The notes beneath the pieces were generated by a model that ran no database searches, was not told where the DNA came from, and was given only the letters and a program-made list of their open reading frames with translations. A DNA stretch of 60,578 bases, taken from contig CAYJQE010000003.1 in the NCBI GenBank assembly GCA_964372245.1, positions 1 through 60,578 of the forward strand. Reading direction: 5' to 3'. Source of the stretch: an uncultured Candidatus Saccharibacteria bacterium. GTDB taxonomy: Bacteria; Patescibacteriota; UBA1384; CAYJQE01. Positions 44,755 through 55,207 of this stretch are shown piece by piece (position 1 is the first letter of the stretch; each line of letters opens with the position of its first letter). A program made the translations under genes and the position numbers.

Positions 44755-45612
44755 TTAATCAAGCTCGCTCTGAACCCGACCCTCAAGGGTTCGAAGTTCT
44801 TTGAGAGCCTTTTGGGCTTCCACGGCTGTCGGCGGCTTGCCATGCCACCGGAAGTCCCGCTCCATAAATGGCACTCCTTTACCGGGAATGGTATGGCAGA
44901 TAATGGCGACCGGTTTCTCGTAAACCGCTTGAGCTTCGTGGCAGCCGTCAATGATCTCCTCAATGTTGTGACCGTCAATCTCTAAAACGTGCCAACCAAA
45001 GGCCTGATATTTTTCGTCAAGCGGCTCGAGCGGCATAATGTCCTCGGTAAAACCGTCAATCTGGATGTTGTTCCGGTCAATCAAAACCGTTAAGTTGTTC
45101 AGACGATATTTCGCCGCCATCAGGATAGCCTCCCAAGTTTGGCCTTCGTCGTGCTCGCCATCGGAAAGAATGGCATAAACCCGCCAAGGGGCCTGATCGA
45201 GCTTGGCGGCTAAAGCCATGCCGATCGCTTGGGACAAGCCTTGACCGAGCGGGCCAGACGAGTTCTCGACTCCCGGGGTGACAAGATTGTGAGGATGGCC
45301 GTGAAGCCGACCGCCGAACTTTCTCAAAGTCGTCAGAAATTCGGCGACCGGAAAATAGCCGGCGTGAGCCAAGGTGGCATAAAAAACCGGATTGATGTGA
45401 CCGCAGGAGAGCACCAGACGATCACGCTCGGGCTTATCGGGCCGTTTTGGATCGTAGTCCAGGATCCCTCCAAAATAGAGAGCGGTAAAAACATCGGCCA
45501 TGCCAAGGGGACCGGCGCTATGACCAGAGCCGGCTTTGACAAGGGCCCTAATAATATCTTGGCGAATCGCGTTGGCGATCTTTTTAAGATCTTGCAGATT
45601 TCTAGTTTTCAT
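44755..45612 (-). CDS. Transketolase, N-terminal subunit
   Basis: GSGHSAG, DRLVLSCGH, LHGHP, GPLGQG, SDGEHDEGQTWEA, DRNNIQIDG. Confidence 0.95.
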   Translation of the reverse strand: MKTRNLQDLKKIANAIRQDIIRALVKAGSGHSAGPLGMADVFTALYFGGILDYDPKRPDKPERDRLVLSCGHINPVFYATLAHAGYFPVAEFLTTLRKFGGRLHGHPHNLVTPGVENSSGPLGQGLSQAIGMALAAKLDQAPWRVYAILSDGEHDEGQTWEAILMAAKYRLNNLTVLIDRNNIQIDGFTEDIMPLEPLDEKYQAFGWHVLEIDGHNIEEIIDGCHEAQAVYEKPVAIICHTIPGKGVPFMERDFRWHGKPPTAVEAQKALKELRTLEGRVQSELD

Positions 45613-46627
45613 CGTTTAGCTTCTTGCCCAGAACAACCACCTGATCGATCAGGCGGTTGGCATAGCCCCATTCGTTGTCATACCAAGAAACGACCTTGAC
45701 CAGATCTTGATCAACAACTCGGGTCAAAGAGAGATCAACGATCGCCGAGTGGCTGTCGCCGATAATGTCCGAGGAGACTAGCGGTTGACTGGTAACGGCC
45801 AAAATGCCTTCAAAGCCCGGATCTTTGCTGGCCTGAATAAAGGCCCGATTGACAGCCTCAAGGCTCGTTTTCCGAGCAACCAAGGCCGTAATGTCCGAGA
45901 TCGAACCGAGAGGGACAGGGACCCGGATCGCCAAGCCGTCAAACTTGCCTTTAAGTTCTTTGATTACCTCGGTCGTCGCCTCGGCCGCTCCGGTCGATGT
46001 CGGAACGATGTTTTCAGCCGCCGAGCGAGCTCTTCTCAAATCGCGATGAGGACCGTCCTGGAGATTTTGATCGGCCGTGTAAGCGTGAACAGTTGTCATC
46101 ATCGCCTTCCTTAAGCCAAAATTCCTTTCCAAAACGGAGATGACCGGCGTGATCGAATTGGTGGTGCAGGAAGCATTGCTGATTACCGGCTCGCGGCCGG
46201 TAAGCGAGTCGTGGTTCAGTCCGATTATCGTCACCGGCGGCCGATTTTCGCCCTCCGATGGAGCGGAAATTATGACCCGTTTGGCCCCGGCCGAAAGATG
46301 CTTCGAAGAAAGCTCGGCGGTCGTAAACCGACCGGTTGATTCGATGACAACATCAATTGAGCTCTCTCGCCACGGCAGTTCCTCGGGCTGGCCGATCGAA
46401 AAAACTTTGACCTTTCTGCCCTCGACAATCAGGTGTTCCTGATCATAGCTGGCCGACTTATTGTAACGACCGTAAGCGGTGTCATAGTTCAAAAGATGGC
46501 AGAGAGTCGGAGCGTCGGAAAGATCGTTAACCGCGACAACCTCAACCTCCGGCCGTTCAAGAGCAATCTTAAAAGCCGCGCGGCCAATCCGGCCAAAACC
46601 ATTAATCGCCAATCTGATGATTTTCAT
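45602..46627 (-). CDS. gap: Glyceraldehyde-3-phosphate dehydrogenase (type I)
   Basis: INGFGRIG, SNASCTTN, WYDNEWGY; ATG 46627 follows a GAAGGAGG SD. Confidence 0.98.
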   Translation of the reverse strand: MKIIRLAINGFGRIGRAAFKIALERPEVEVVAVNDLSDAPTLCHLLNYDTAYGRYNKSASYDQEHLIVEGRKVKVFSIGQPEELPWRESSIDVVIESTGRFTTAELSSKHLSAGAKRVIISAPSEGENRPPVTIIGLNHDSLTGREPVISNASCTTNSITPVISVLERNFGLRKAMMTTVHAYTADQNLQDGPHRDLRRARSAAENIVPTSTGAAEATTEVIKELKGKFDGLAIRVPVPLGSISDITALVARKTSLEAVNRAFIQASKDPGFEGILAVTSQPLVSSDIIGDSHSAIVDLSLTRVVDQDLVKVVSWYDNEWGYANRLIDQVVVLGKKLNDEN

Positions 46628-46679
46628 CCCTCCTTCTTTCTCTCTTTTCCGGCCCGAGCTTCTTTGGCCAAAACAGCTT

Positions 46680-47357
46680 CTATTCGATGATCTCTGAAAC
46701 CTCTGTCTTAACCGAGCCGGAAGGCAGCTTGGCAAGAGTTTCGACTATCTCCTGATAAGCCCCTTTCGGATCGCCGGCCTGAAAAATCGCCGAGCCGATA
46801 ACGATCTGGTCGGCCCCCATTTCGGCCGCCACTTTAGCCCGTTTTGAATTCATTCCCCCATCAACGGCAATTTTACCGCGAAATCCCAGATTCCGCAATT
46901 GAGCGATTTTTTTCATACTCGTCTCTAAAAAATCGCCGCCGTAAAAACCTGGCTCGACGGTCATAATCAAAACGGCCGGCAGTCCCAAAACAAAATCGGC
47001 GATCGAATCAATCGTGGTTTCCGGCTTAAGAGCCAGACCGACTTTCCCGGGAAAACTCGATCCGATCTTAACCAGCGCGCGCCTTCCGGCCAAGGCTTCA
47101 TTATGAATAAAGACTAGCCGCCAGTTTTCAAGATGCCTAAGATACCGCTCCGGCTCCTCGACCATGAGATGGGCGACGAATGAAAACGGCCAATCTTGAG
47201 AACCCAAATCATAAGGCAAAATGGTCTTATTTTTGGCAAACCGGCCATCAACAAAATCAACGTGAACCTTTTTGGCAAAAGTCTTTAAAAGCGACAACTT
47301 TTCGATATACTCGGACAGATTCTTGGCTAAAACGGCTGGTAGAACCTCAGGTCTCAT
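46680..47357 (-). CDS. rpe: Ribulose-phosphate 3-epimerase
   Basis: HVDFVDGRF, HLMVEEP, MTVEPGFYG, VDGG, GSAIF. Confidence 0.92.
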   Translation of the reverse strand: MRPEVLPAVLAKNLSEYIEKLSLLKTFAKKVHVDFVDGRFAKNKTILPYDLGSQDWPFSFVAHLMVEEPERYLRHLENWRLVFIHNEALAGRRALVKIGSSFPGKVGLALKPETTIDSIADFVLGLPAVLIMTVEPGFYGGDFLETSMKKIAQLRNLGFRGKIAVDGGMNSKRAKVAAEMGADQIVIGSAIFQAGDPKGAYQEIVETLAKLPSGSVKTEVSEIIE

Positions 47358-47367
47358 CAAAAAAAAC

Positions 47368-47814
47368 CTAGCATCTTGCCTCGAGATCTTTGATCTGATT
47401 AAGCCGCCGGCGGCGACGGGCTAGAGCCTGAAACTCGGTCTTCAGAAAAACCTTTAGGATAGACTCGGCCTTTCTGGGAGAGATAAAATCGCCAGCCAAG
47501 CATAAAAGATTGGCGTCGTCGTCATTTCTCGCCCGCCTGGCCGATTTTCGGTCCCAGGCTTGAGCCGCTCTGATCCCTTTAATCTTGTTAGCCGCGATGC
47601 AGGCGCCTTGACCGGAGCGACAGATGATAAGGCCAAGCGAGCCCCGATCGGCAAGAAGCCGATTTGAAATCATCTCGGCGATAAGAGGGTAATCGGACGG
47701 GCGATCGTCGGCGGCTCCGAGATCAACGACTTCTCGCGTCTCGGTTTTGAGACGTTTTAAGAGCTGTTTTTTGAGCCGGTAACCACCATGATCGTTGGCG
47801 ATATAAAGGGTCAT
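47368..47814 (-). CDS. rpiB: Ribose-5-phosphate isomerase B
   Basis: DHGGYRLK, DYP, ICRSGQG..IAANK..GIRAA, ARNDDDAN. Confidence 0.92.
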   Translation of the reverse strand: MTLYIANDHGGYRLKKQLLKRLKTETREVVDLGAADDRPSDYPLIAEMISNRLLADRGSLGLIICRSGQGACIAANKIKGIRAAQAWDRKSARRARNDDDANLLCLAGDFISPRKAESILKVFLKTEFQALARRRRRLNQIKDLEARC

Positions 47815-49013
47815 GCCGCCGCGGGGCCGAAGAGTTGGTCTTTCAGAAAACCAATAATCTCTTCTTGAAGGAGAGTCTCTTGCGCTCCGCTCTCAAGATT
47901 CCTGATCATCGCCTGACCTTCAATCGCTTCCTTGTGGCCGATGATGATAGCGAAACGAGATCTTGATTTTTGAGCGGCCAGAAGTTGGTCTTTAAGGGGC
48001 GAGCGATCGGGCAAAAATGGCGCCATGATGCCGTTGCTCCAAAGATCGGCCAGGATTTTCAGGGAAGCCAGTCGCGCCTCTCTCCCGATTTGGGCGACAA
48101 AAACCGGCACCGGCTTGAGAGTTTGGCGACTCTTTTTATCAACCGACTTCCGCCAGACAAAGCCGGCAACTGACTCGGACTTGCCGATCAGATCGGGAAA
48201 AGACTCAAATGAACCGCCAAACGCGATCTCTTCGTCTTTCTCGTCAGTCAGTCGAAAATTGATCCGGCCTCGAAAAAGATCCGGCAGGTGAAGACGAGGC
48301 TCAAGCTCGAAAGGGACTCGCATCAACTCAAGCTGCTCAAAGACCAGCTCCAAGTGGCCTTTACATTCAAGACAAAGACGATCGAGAATTGTTTCCTGCG
48401 CGTCAATCAGTCGCCGACAGATCGGGTTATGACAATCATAAATTTCAAACGAGCCGGGCGGGGTGGAAAGACTTAACCTGCAACGAGAACACAACTCGCC
48501 ACTTTGCGATTTAAGCGCTTGCCTGAGAACTTTGAAGAAAACCGGCCGGCAATTCTGACAGCCAGCGGTTCCGATAACGGAGGTTTTGGCCGATTGACCA
48601 AGAAACTTTTTAAGCTGGTCAACCAGAAAAACCAGACCGGTGTCGGTTTCAGGACCAAGATTGCCTCTTAAGAGCACGCCGAACTGCTCTTCGGCCGCGA
48701 GGGACGATCCCTGACTCGCCCTATCCGGAGAAGCGGAAAAAAAGTGATCGGCAAAGTAATAAAGTTCGCTCGAGGTCAAGAGATCCCGACCAATGTGAGG
48801 CAAGAGACTGATCAAACCGTTGAAACGGAAAAGGGTTGACTGATCGGAGTGCGCGAGCAGCACCGGTTTTCGGGTCAGATTATCGGCCGAGTCGAGAATT
48901 GATTCAATCGCCCGCGAGCGCCGTTCGATCAAGGGCAATTCGACCTCCTTGAAGGCAAAAGTCCGAGCGAAAGACCTGACCGATTCGAAAAATGACAAGT
49001 CTTTTCCGCGCAT
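47811..49013 (-). CDS. Degenerate histidyl-tRNA synthetase paralog (catalytic motifs lost; Cys-rich insertion and anticodon domain kept)
   Basis: HisRS fold order and size; LRPE, motif-2 FRYERPQ, RGLDYY, GGRYD and GxGxER not recognisable; four Cys pairs and the LKDQL..A......AIIIG..E anticodon domain present. Confidence 0.7.
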   Translation of the reverse strand: MRGKDLSFFESVRSFARTFAFKEVELPLIERRSRAIESILDSADNLTRKPVLLAHSDQSTLFRFNGLISLLPHIGRDLLTSSELYYFADHFFSASPDRASQGSSLAAEEQFGVLLRGNLGPETDTGLVFLVDQLKKFLGQSAKTSVIGTAGCQNCRPVFFKVLRQALKSQSGELCSRCRLSLSTPPGSFEIYDCHNPICRRLIDAQETILDRLCLECKGHLELVFEQLELMRVPFELEPRLHLPDLFRGRINFRLTDEKDEEIAFGGSFESFPDLIGKSESVAGFVWRKSVDKKSRQTLKPVPVFVAQIGREARLASLKILADLWSNGIMAPFLPDRSPLKDQLLAAQKSRSRFAIIIGHKEAIEGQAMIRNLESGAQETLLQEEIIGFLKDQLFGPAAA

Positions 49014-49015
49014 CG

Positions 49016-51598
49016 TCAACCAATTTCCATTGCTTTAGGACTCATGGTCTTTCCGATCATCCGACGACGATGAACCGGCTTAATCGTCGTTTTGTCGTTC
49101 AGAAAATCGATTTTTAGTTCATCGCCGACTTGAAACTCTCCGGCATAGAAACCCTCGGTAATTGGATCCTCGATTAGATCTGCGATCACCCTTCTGACCG
49201 GCCGAGCGCCAAACTCCTGACTAAACCCAAGTCGAGAGACCCGATCGAGCATCTTACTTGAAACATCAACCGAGAGACCGAGGGTTTCTAGTCGGGCCCT
49301 CAACTCTTCAATCTGAATCCGAGCGATACTCCTTATCTGCTGACGATTGAGAGGCTGGAAAACGATTGTGCCATCAAGACGATTGAGAAACTCCGGTCGG
49401 AAATAATCTCTAAGTTCTCTTTCAAGACTGGCCTTGGCTCGGCTGAAGAGGTTGTCAGCCCGATCCCGCTCCGAGCGACTCTCGGCCTCGAAACCGATCC
49501 TTAAACTCCGGTTAAAGGCCTGAAGTCCGATGTTGCTGGTCATGACAAGGAGAGTGTTCTTAAAATCAACCTTTCGACCCTTGGCATCGGTCAGATTGCC
49601 GTCTTCCATTATCTGAAGCAAAACATTAAAAACTTCTGGGTGGGCCTTCTCTATTTCATCCAAAAGAATGATCGAGTAGGGCCGTCGTCTGATCTCTTCA
49701 GTCAGACGACCGCCTTCTTCATAACCGATATAACCGGCCGGGGCACCAAGGAGCCGGCTGAGATTGTGACGTTCCATAAACTCGCTCATATCAATCTTGA
49801 TCATGGTTTGAGATGAACCAAACAACTCATCGGCCAAAACTCTAACCAGCTCGGTCTTGCCAACGCCGGTCGGCCCGAGAAAGATGAAAGAGCCGATCGG
49901 CCGATTCGGATTTGACAGCTTGAGACGAGCTTTTCGGATAACCTTGGCCATCTTCTTGATTGCTTCATCCTGACCAACAATTCTCTTTTTAATTCTAGTC
50001 TCCAGATCTCTTAGTCGGACCAGTTCTTCTTGGGCCAGGTTCGAGAGAGGAATCTTTGTCCAGCGACTAACCACCGCGGCCACATCGCCGGCGGTTACCC
50101 GACTTCTCTCGACCTGCTCGCCGGCCAACCGCTCGATGGCCAACTTCTCACGGAGCAAAGTCTCCCGTTTTTTGAGCTCGATTATCAGCTCGTACCGTCG
50201 CTCGTTGACCGCTTGAGCCTTGGCCAATTCAGTTGTTTTTAACAATTTTTTGAGACGGGAAAGCTCCGTTTTCTCGTTTTGACGAAGAGAAACCGAGGCC
50301 GCCGCTTCATCAATGGCGTCGAACGCCTTATCGGGCAAAAAACGGTCAGAGATATACCGGTCGGTCAATAAGACGCTTTTGGAGATGGCCTCATCGGTAA
50401 TCACGACCTTGTGGAATTCCTCGAAATACTGCTTGGTGCCGTTCAAGATCTCGATTGATTCGTCGGCCGACGGCTCATCAATCACGACCGGTTGAAACCG
50501 TCTCTCAAGCGCCTTATCTCGTTCAAGATATTTTTGAAACTCATCAAAGGTCGTCGCTCCGATCACCCGAAAGTCGCCCCTCGAAAGCGAGGGCTTTAAG
50601 ATATTGGCCAGATCGAGGGTGCCTTCGGCGGAGCCGGCGCCGATCATGGTATGAAGTTCATCAATGAAGAGAATGATATTGCCTTGACTCGCAACCTCGG
50701 AGAGGAGTTTTTTGATCCGCTCCTCAAACTGGCCGCGATACATCGTGCCCGAGATCAGAGCGGTTACATCGAGCATTAAAATCCGCTGTTGTTTCAGGTT
50801 CTTTGGAACCAGGTTGGCGCTAATTTTTGAGGCCAGCCCCTCGACCAAAGCCGTTTTACCGACACCTGGCTCGCCGAGTAGAATCGGGTTGTTTTTCGTT
50901 CTCCGAGCCAGAATGTGAACGACTCTCTCCATCTCGAGCTCCCGACCGATCAAAGGATCAAGCTTGCCTTCAGAGGCAAGTTTCGTCAGGTCAATGGTGA
51001 AGGCTTTCTCGGCTTGACCAAACGACTGACCTCTTTTCGGCAAATTGGTCTTCTCGGGCTCCAAAAAAGGCTTTTGAGGCGGACCTTCTAGTTCACTCAA
51101 GCGCTGAAAGATTTGGTCAATCTGACTTCTGATTGATTCCGGGCTGACTCCGAGCTGCTCGAGCAGATGATAGCCGATCGAAACTTGATGAGAGACTATG
51201 CCGTAGAGCAAATGTTCGGCTTCGATCGCGAAGTGGCCGAAAATGCTGGCCCGGGTGACGGCCTTTTCAATCACCTCTTTGGCTTCATCTTCTATTGAGG
51301 AGCCGAGGTCAAACTTCACTCCCTGTTCTTGTGTCTGATCGAGATCTGGCTCTTTTTCCTTTCGACCTCGAAGATCGAATCGGAGCGAGCGCGAAAGCCG
51401 GAGTTTCTCGGCGTCGAGCGAGAAGCTTCTCAAAATCTCGGCCGCCAAAGTCCCTCTCTGACTGATCATCGCCTGGAGAAGATGATCGGAACCCAAGGGC
51501 AAGTTGTGCGATTCGGCCGACTGTTGAGCGACAATCAAGACATCCCTCGCGGTCTTTCCAAACTTCGAAAATATGTGCTCAAAACTCCCGGCCATCAT
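49016..51598 (-). CDS. clpC: ATP-dependent Clp protease ATP-binding subunit (ClpC-like)
   Basis: Two Clp-N repeats; GEPGVGKT/LFIDE; GPTGVGKT/LLDEIEKAH; GAPAGYIGY; FGARP. Confidence 0.93.
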   Translation of the reverse strand: MMAGSFEHIFSKFGKTARDVLIVAQQSAESHNLPLGSDHLLQAMISQRGTLAAEILRSFSLDAEKLRLSRSLRFDLRGRKEKEPDLDQTQEQGVKFDLGSSIEDEAKEVIEKAVTRASIFGHFAIEAEHLLYGIVSHQVSIGYHLLEQLGVSPESIRSQIDQIFQRLSELEGPPQKPFLEPEKTNLPKRGQSFGQAEKAFTIDLTKLASEGKLDPLIGRELEMERVVHILARRTKNNPILLGEPGVGKTALVEGLASKISANLVPKNLKQQRILMLDVTALISGTMYRGQFEERIKKLLSEVASQGNIILFIDELHTMIGAGSAEGTLDLANILKPSLSRGDFRVIGATTFDEFQKYLERDKALERRFQPVVIDEPSADESIEILNGTKQYFEEFHKVVITDEAISKSVLLTDRYISDRFLPDKAFDAIDEAAASVSLRQNEKTELSRLKKLLKTTELAKAQAVNERRYELIIELKKRETLLREKLAIERLAGEQVERSRVTAGDVAAVVSRWTKIPLSNLAQEELVRLRDLETRIKKRIVGQDEAIKKMAKVIRKARLKLSNPNRPIGSFIFLGPTGVGKTELVRVLADELFGSSQTMIKIDMSEFMERHNLSRLLGAPAGYIGYEEGGRLTEEIRRRPYSIILLDEIEKAHPEVFNVLLQIMEDGNLTDAKGRKVDFKNTLLVMTSNIGLQAFNRSLRIGFEAESRSERDRADNLFSRAKASLERELRDYFRPEFLNRLDGTIVFQPLNRQQIRSIARIQIEELRARLETLGLSVDVSSKMLDRVSRLGFSQEFGARPVRRVIADLIEDPITEGFYAGEFQVGDELKIDFLNDKTTIKPVHRRRMIGKTMSPKAMEIG

Positions 51599-51684
51599 GT
51601 CCTCCCCTTGATCCGCCCTCTAGTCACAACCCAACTCTAGCAGAAAAACTTAAGACTTGGCAAACAATGACTTCGGGGCCGTTA

Positions 51685-52983
51685 TCAAGGCTTTTGATCC
51701 GATCCTTGATGATCAGCCTCGACCCGACTTTCAATCCCCTCCGACTTCTGACTCATAAAAAGATTGACCGCCCCGAGAATTTTTCCCGCCATCTTAATGC
51801 CGATGCCCGGAATCGCCGTCAAATCCTCGGCCGATTTGACAGCGACATCGCCAACCGTTTTAAATCCGGCCTGTTCCATTTTTTTAATCGTCGCCTTGGT
51901 CAGCCCGAGTTTCATTAAATCGTCAGCCCTCGCTTCGGTCTTGCGGCCCTCTAACTCTTTGTTGATGTCAATCATATAACCGCTGATCTTTGAAGCTAAG
52001 CGGACATTCTGACCGGCCTTGCCGATCGCCAACGAGAGTTGATCTTCCGGCACTCGAACCATCGCCCGGAGGCTCTTTTCGTCAAGCTCGATCTCTTCGA
52101 TCCGAGCCGGCGAAAGAGCGTTTTGAATAAATTGTTTGGGATCTTCGTCATAAGCGACGATATCAATTTTCTCATTGCCAATCTCCGCCAGAACGGCCTG
52201 AACCCGAGTCCCCCGCTGACCAACGAGCGAACCGACCGGATCGAGCGAGTCGTCGTTGGTCTTGACGGCGATTTTCGTCCGGGCGCCGGCCTCTCTCGTC
52301 GAACGGACAATTTCAACCTGACCGGTTTCGATTTCCGGCACCTCGTTTTTGAACAGCTCTTCAATGAAGGCCGGATCAGACCGGTTGAGAATAATCTGCG
52401 GACCTCGGGTTGATTCCTGAACCTCTTTAACCAAAACCCTCAATCGCTGGCCAATGTAGTAATGTTCGCCCCGAATTTGACCCGAGGAGGGCATAATCCC
52501 CGCGGTTCGACCAACCGAGACAAAGACATTCCCTCGATCAATCTGTTGAACCGTGCCGTTGACGATGACGCCAACTTTTGATTTAAACTCTTCATAAACC
52601 AACGAATTCTCGGCCTCGCGCAGTCGCTGAATAATCACTTGCTTGGCGGTTTGAGCCGCTATCCGACCAAATTCAGACTCCGGCTTTTGAGCGACCTCCA
52701 ACTCATCGCCAAGTTCGGAATCGGCCTTGATCTCTTTCGCTTCTTCTAGGGTCTTCTCGGCGTGACGGTTTTCGACCTCTTCGACAACGGTATAGACTTC
52801 CCAAACTCTTGCCTCACCGGTTTTCGGATCAAACTCGGCCCGGATCACCTGTTCCGGGTGACCATAATCTCGACGATAAGCGGCCGCGATCGCAACATTG
52901 ATGGCATCGAAGATCACCTTTTTCGAGAGCCCTCTTTCTTCGGCCAATTGCTCGAGAGCGATTTTAAACTGATCGTAATCCAT
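51685..52983 (-). CDS. nusA: Transcription termination/antitermination factor NusA
   Basis: FGRIAAQTAKQVI, S1 domain, REAGARTKIAV, VGQRGTRV, AIGKAGQNVRLAS, C-terminal HhH. Confidence 0.98.
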   Translation of the reverse strand: MDYDQFKIALEQLAEERGLSKKVIFDAINVAIAAAYRRDYGHPEQVIRAEFDPKTGEARVWEVYTVVEEVENRHAEKTLEEAKEIKADSELGDELEVAQKPESEFGRIAAQTAKQVIIQRLREAENSLVYEEFKSKVGVIVNGTVQQIDRGNVFVSVGRTAGIMPSSGQIRGEHYYIGQRLRVLVKEVQESTRGPQIILNRSDPAFIEELFKNEVPEIETGQVEIVRSTREAGARTKIAVKTNDDSLDPVGSLVGQRGTRVQAVLAEIGNEKIDIVAYDEDPKQFIQNALSPARIEEIELDEKSLRAMVRVPEDQLSLAIGKAGQNVRLASKISGYMIDINKELEGRKTEARADDLMKLGLTKATIKKMEQAGFKTVGDVAVKSAEDLTAIPGIGIKMAGKILGAVNLFMSQKSEGIESRVEADHQGSDQKP

Positions 52984-53314
52984 CTCGTCTCCAAAATTAT
53001 ACTAGATCCAAACTCGGACGGCTTAAAAAACGGCCGCTTTGGCGACCTCAATCAAGGCTGACAGAGAAAGCCGAGAATGTCAATCTTTCCCAAAAATCGA
53101 GCTTTCTCCTCTGGCCCGATTGCCGGCCGGCGCGGCCGGCGTCGGCCTAAGAACTTTTATCGAGTTGGCCAAAGAGTTGGCGGGCTGGCGCTCGGTTAGA
53201 TCTAGTCAGTTTATTTGGGATAGAGCCTTCTCAAGCGCAAGATGGCTTTTCGGGACTTTAATCGCCAACCGGATAATCTCTCTCAAAGACGAGACGATTT
53301 TTTTGCCCGAAGAA

Positions 53315-54118
53315 CTATTTTTTCAGCCGATAGACCAGTTTCAAAAAACGCAAGGTGGCGGTTAGAATCCGATTAAGACGTCTGGGTTGGGTCATCAGCC
53401 GCCAGAGCCACTCGAGGTTCTCGGCCATCAGCTTGGGCGGCCTAAGAGCTTTGCCGCTCAAATAGTCAAGACTGCCACCGACCCCGATTGCCAGCCGCCA
53501 GCCTAAAAGCCGTCCGTAGCGATCGATAAAGAGCTCTTGCTTGGGCGATCCGAGCGCGACAAAAGCGATCTTCGCCCCCAAGCCGGACAGCCTTTCAAAC
53601 GCCTTTCGATCAATCTCACCCGAATCTTTAACTGCCACGCCGCCCAAAGAGCGAACATCGAGATCGGGATTTTGCCTTCTTAAAAGCTTGGCCGAAGACT
53701 CGGCGACCTGTTGACTCCCGCCAAAAAGGAGAAGTCTCGCCTCTCTCTTGGCCGCGATTTTGGCGATTGGGAAAACAAGCTTTGAGCCCCTAATCGGCTC
53801 TCTAATGATCGAGAAGGATCGCGGCGAAAAGAGCAGCTTGAGCAGAAAAAAACCCAGCCTGAAAAAAGATGGCCGACCGGCTAGATATTCGGCCGCGACT
53901 TGGAGGCCGACACCGTCGGCCGTTCTCAAATCGGCTCGATTTAAGACATTCTTAAAATCAGACAAGCGTTGAGCGGCCACGATAAACTCGGGATTAACGG
54001 TCACGACATAGTGGAAACCCGGCCTCTCCAGCAGTTGGTCAATCCTTTCAAGCGCTTGATCGAAGCCTAAACGATCAACAAAAACGCCAGCGATCTCAAC
54101 CGATCTTCTCACCGACAA
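53315..54118 (-). CDS. WecB/TagA/CpsF-family glycosyltransferase
   Basis: TVNPE, ADGVGL, VALGSPKQE, GVGGSLD, LEWLWRL...PRRL. Confidence 0.92.
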   Translation of the reverse strand: MSVRRSVEIAGVFVDRLGFDQALERIDQLLERPGFHYVVTVNPEFIVAAQRLSDFKNVLNRADLRTADGVGLQVAAEYLAGRPSFFRLGFFLLKLLFSPRSFSIIREPIRGSKLVFPIAKIAAKREARLLLFGGSQQVAESSAKLLRRQNPDLDVRSLGGVAVKDSGEIDRKAFERLSGLGAKIAFVALGSPKQELFIDRYGRLLGWRLAIGVGGSLDYLSGKALRPPKLMAENLEWLWRLMTQPRRLNRILTATLRFLKLVYRLKK

Positions 54119-55190
54119 GCCCTTGGATTATCTTTTCCAACCCGCTCTTAAACCGACCAATCTCAAACTCCTCGGCTCTCTTGACTAGTTCGGCCTCGAG
54201 GAAGCTCTCCTCAACTTCGAGAAATCTCTTGATCGCAAGGTTAAGAGCTTCGGGCGATTGGATCTCAAAAAATAGGCCGGTTTTCCGGTTGACGGTCTCG
54301 ATCGCGCCGCCTTTTTTGTAAGCGACAACCGGCGTGCCAGAGGCGAAAGCCTCAAGCGGCGTCAAGCCAAAATCCTCTTCTTGGGGATGAATGAGAGCTC
54401 GGGCTTTGGCCAAAAGCCGGTTTTTTTCCGACTCCTTTTGAAAACCCAAAAACTCGATCTTCCTTGATCTCCTTAAGCTTTCGAGTCGAGCCCTATCTCT
54501 CCCCTCGCCGACAATCAAAAGACGATAAGGCAAGCGATTGAAAACCTCGATCGCGAGATCAATCTTTTTATAAGCTGAAAGGCGGCTGACAATCAGAAAA
54601 AAATCTTCCTTCTTCTCGGTCGGATGAAAACCTAAAAGGTCAATCGGCGGATAGAGGATCAGACTTTTCCGACGGTAATATTTCTCAATTCTGGTCTTGA
54701 CGTTCCGGCTATTGGCGAGATATAAAGTCGGTCTGGTCGAGGCCTCTATGTCCCAGACTCGTTGGCGGTGAAGCATCACTCTCAAAACCAATCCTCTCAA
54801 TCCCCGGTCAAGACCTTCCTCCTTTAAGTACTCGTGATTGTAGTCCCAGAGATATCTGGCCGGGCTGTGACAATAAACAATATGAGTCGCCCCCCTAGCC
54901 ACTCTGACACCATGGGCAAAGGAGTTCGAGTTTGAAATCACCAGATCGAACCGGCTCAAATCGAATGACTCGATCAGACGAGGAAAAGAGCCGAGCCGAG
55001 ATCTTTGAGGCAAGAAAGAGGCTGGCGGAATGATAATTTCCCGACCGGCGAGAAGAGTCCGAAAAGCTTCGCGATCGTAGGTCAAGGTAAAAATCGGCGC
55101 CCCTTTAAATATTTTCGCGAGTTCAACCAAAACTCGCTCGGCGCCGCCGAAAGCCGTGAGAAAATCATGAACGAGGGCGATCTTTTTCAT
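54096..55190 (-). CDS. GT4-family glycosyltransferase
   Basis: IALVHDFL...GGAERV, YCHSPARY, SRLSAYK, EDFGLTPLEAFASGTPVVA. Confidence 0.92.
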   Translation of the reverse strand: MKKIALVHDFLTAFGGAERVLVELAKIFKGAPIFTLTYDREAFRTLLAGREIIIPPASFLPQRSRLGSFPRLIESFDLSRFDLVISNSNSFAHGVRVARGATHIVYCHSPARYLWDYNHEYLKEEGLDRGLRGLVLRVMLHRQRVWDIEASTRPTLYLANSRNVKTRIEKYYRRKSLILYPPIDLLGFHPTEKKEDFFLIVSRLSAYKKIDLAIEVFNRLPYRLLIVGEGRDRARLESLRRSRKIEFLGFQKESEKNRLLAKARALIHPQEEDFGLTPLEAFASGTPVVAYKKGGAIETVNRKTGLFFEIQSPEALNLAIKRFLEVEESFLEAELVKRAEEFEIGRFKSGLEKIIQGLVGEKIG

Positions 55191-55207
55191 CAGTCTGACG
55201 ATAAGCT

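Noticed and set aside
47811-49013. Annotation as functional hisS or as hisZ
   Set aside because: The catalytic motifs of HisRS are absent, and HisZ normally lacks the anticodon domain that is retained here.
53039-53365. 108-aa plus-strand ORF upstream of nusA
   Set aside because: Antisense to a long minus-strand gene run, overlaps the glycosyltransferase end, and has no SD or motif.
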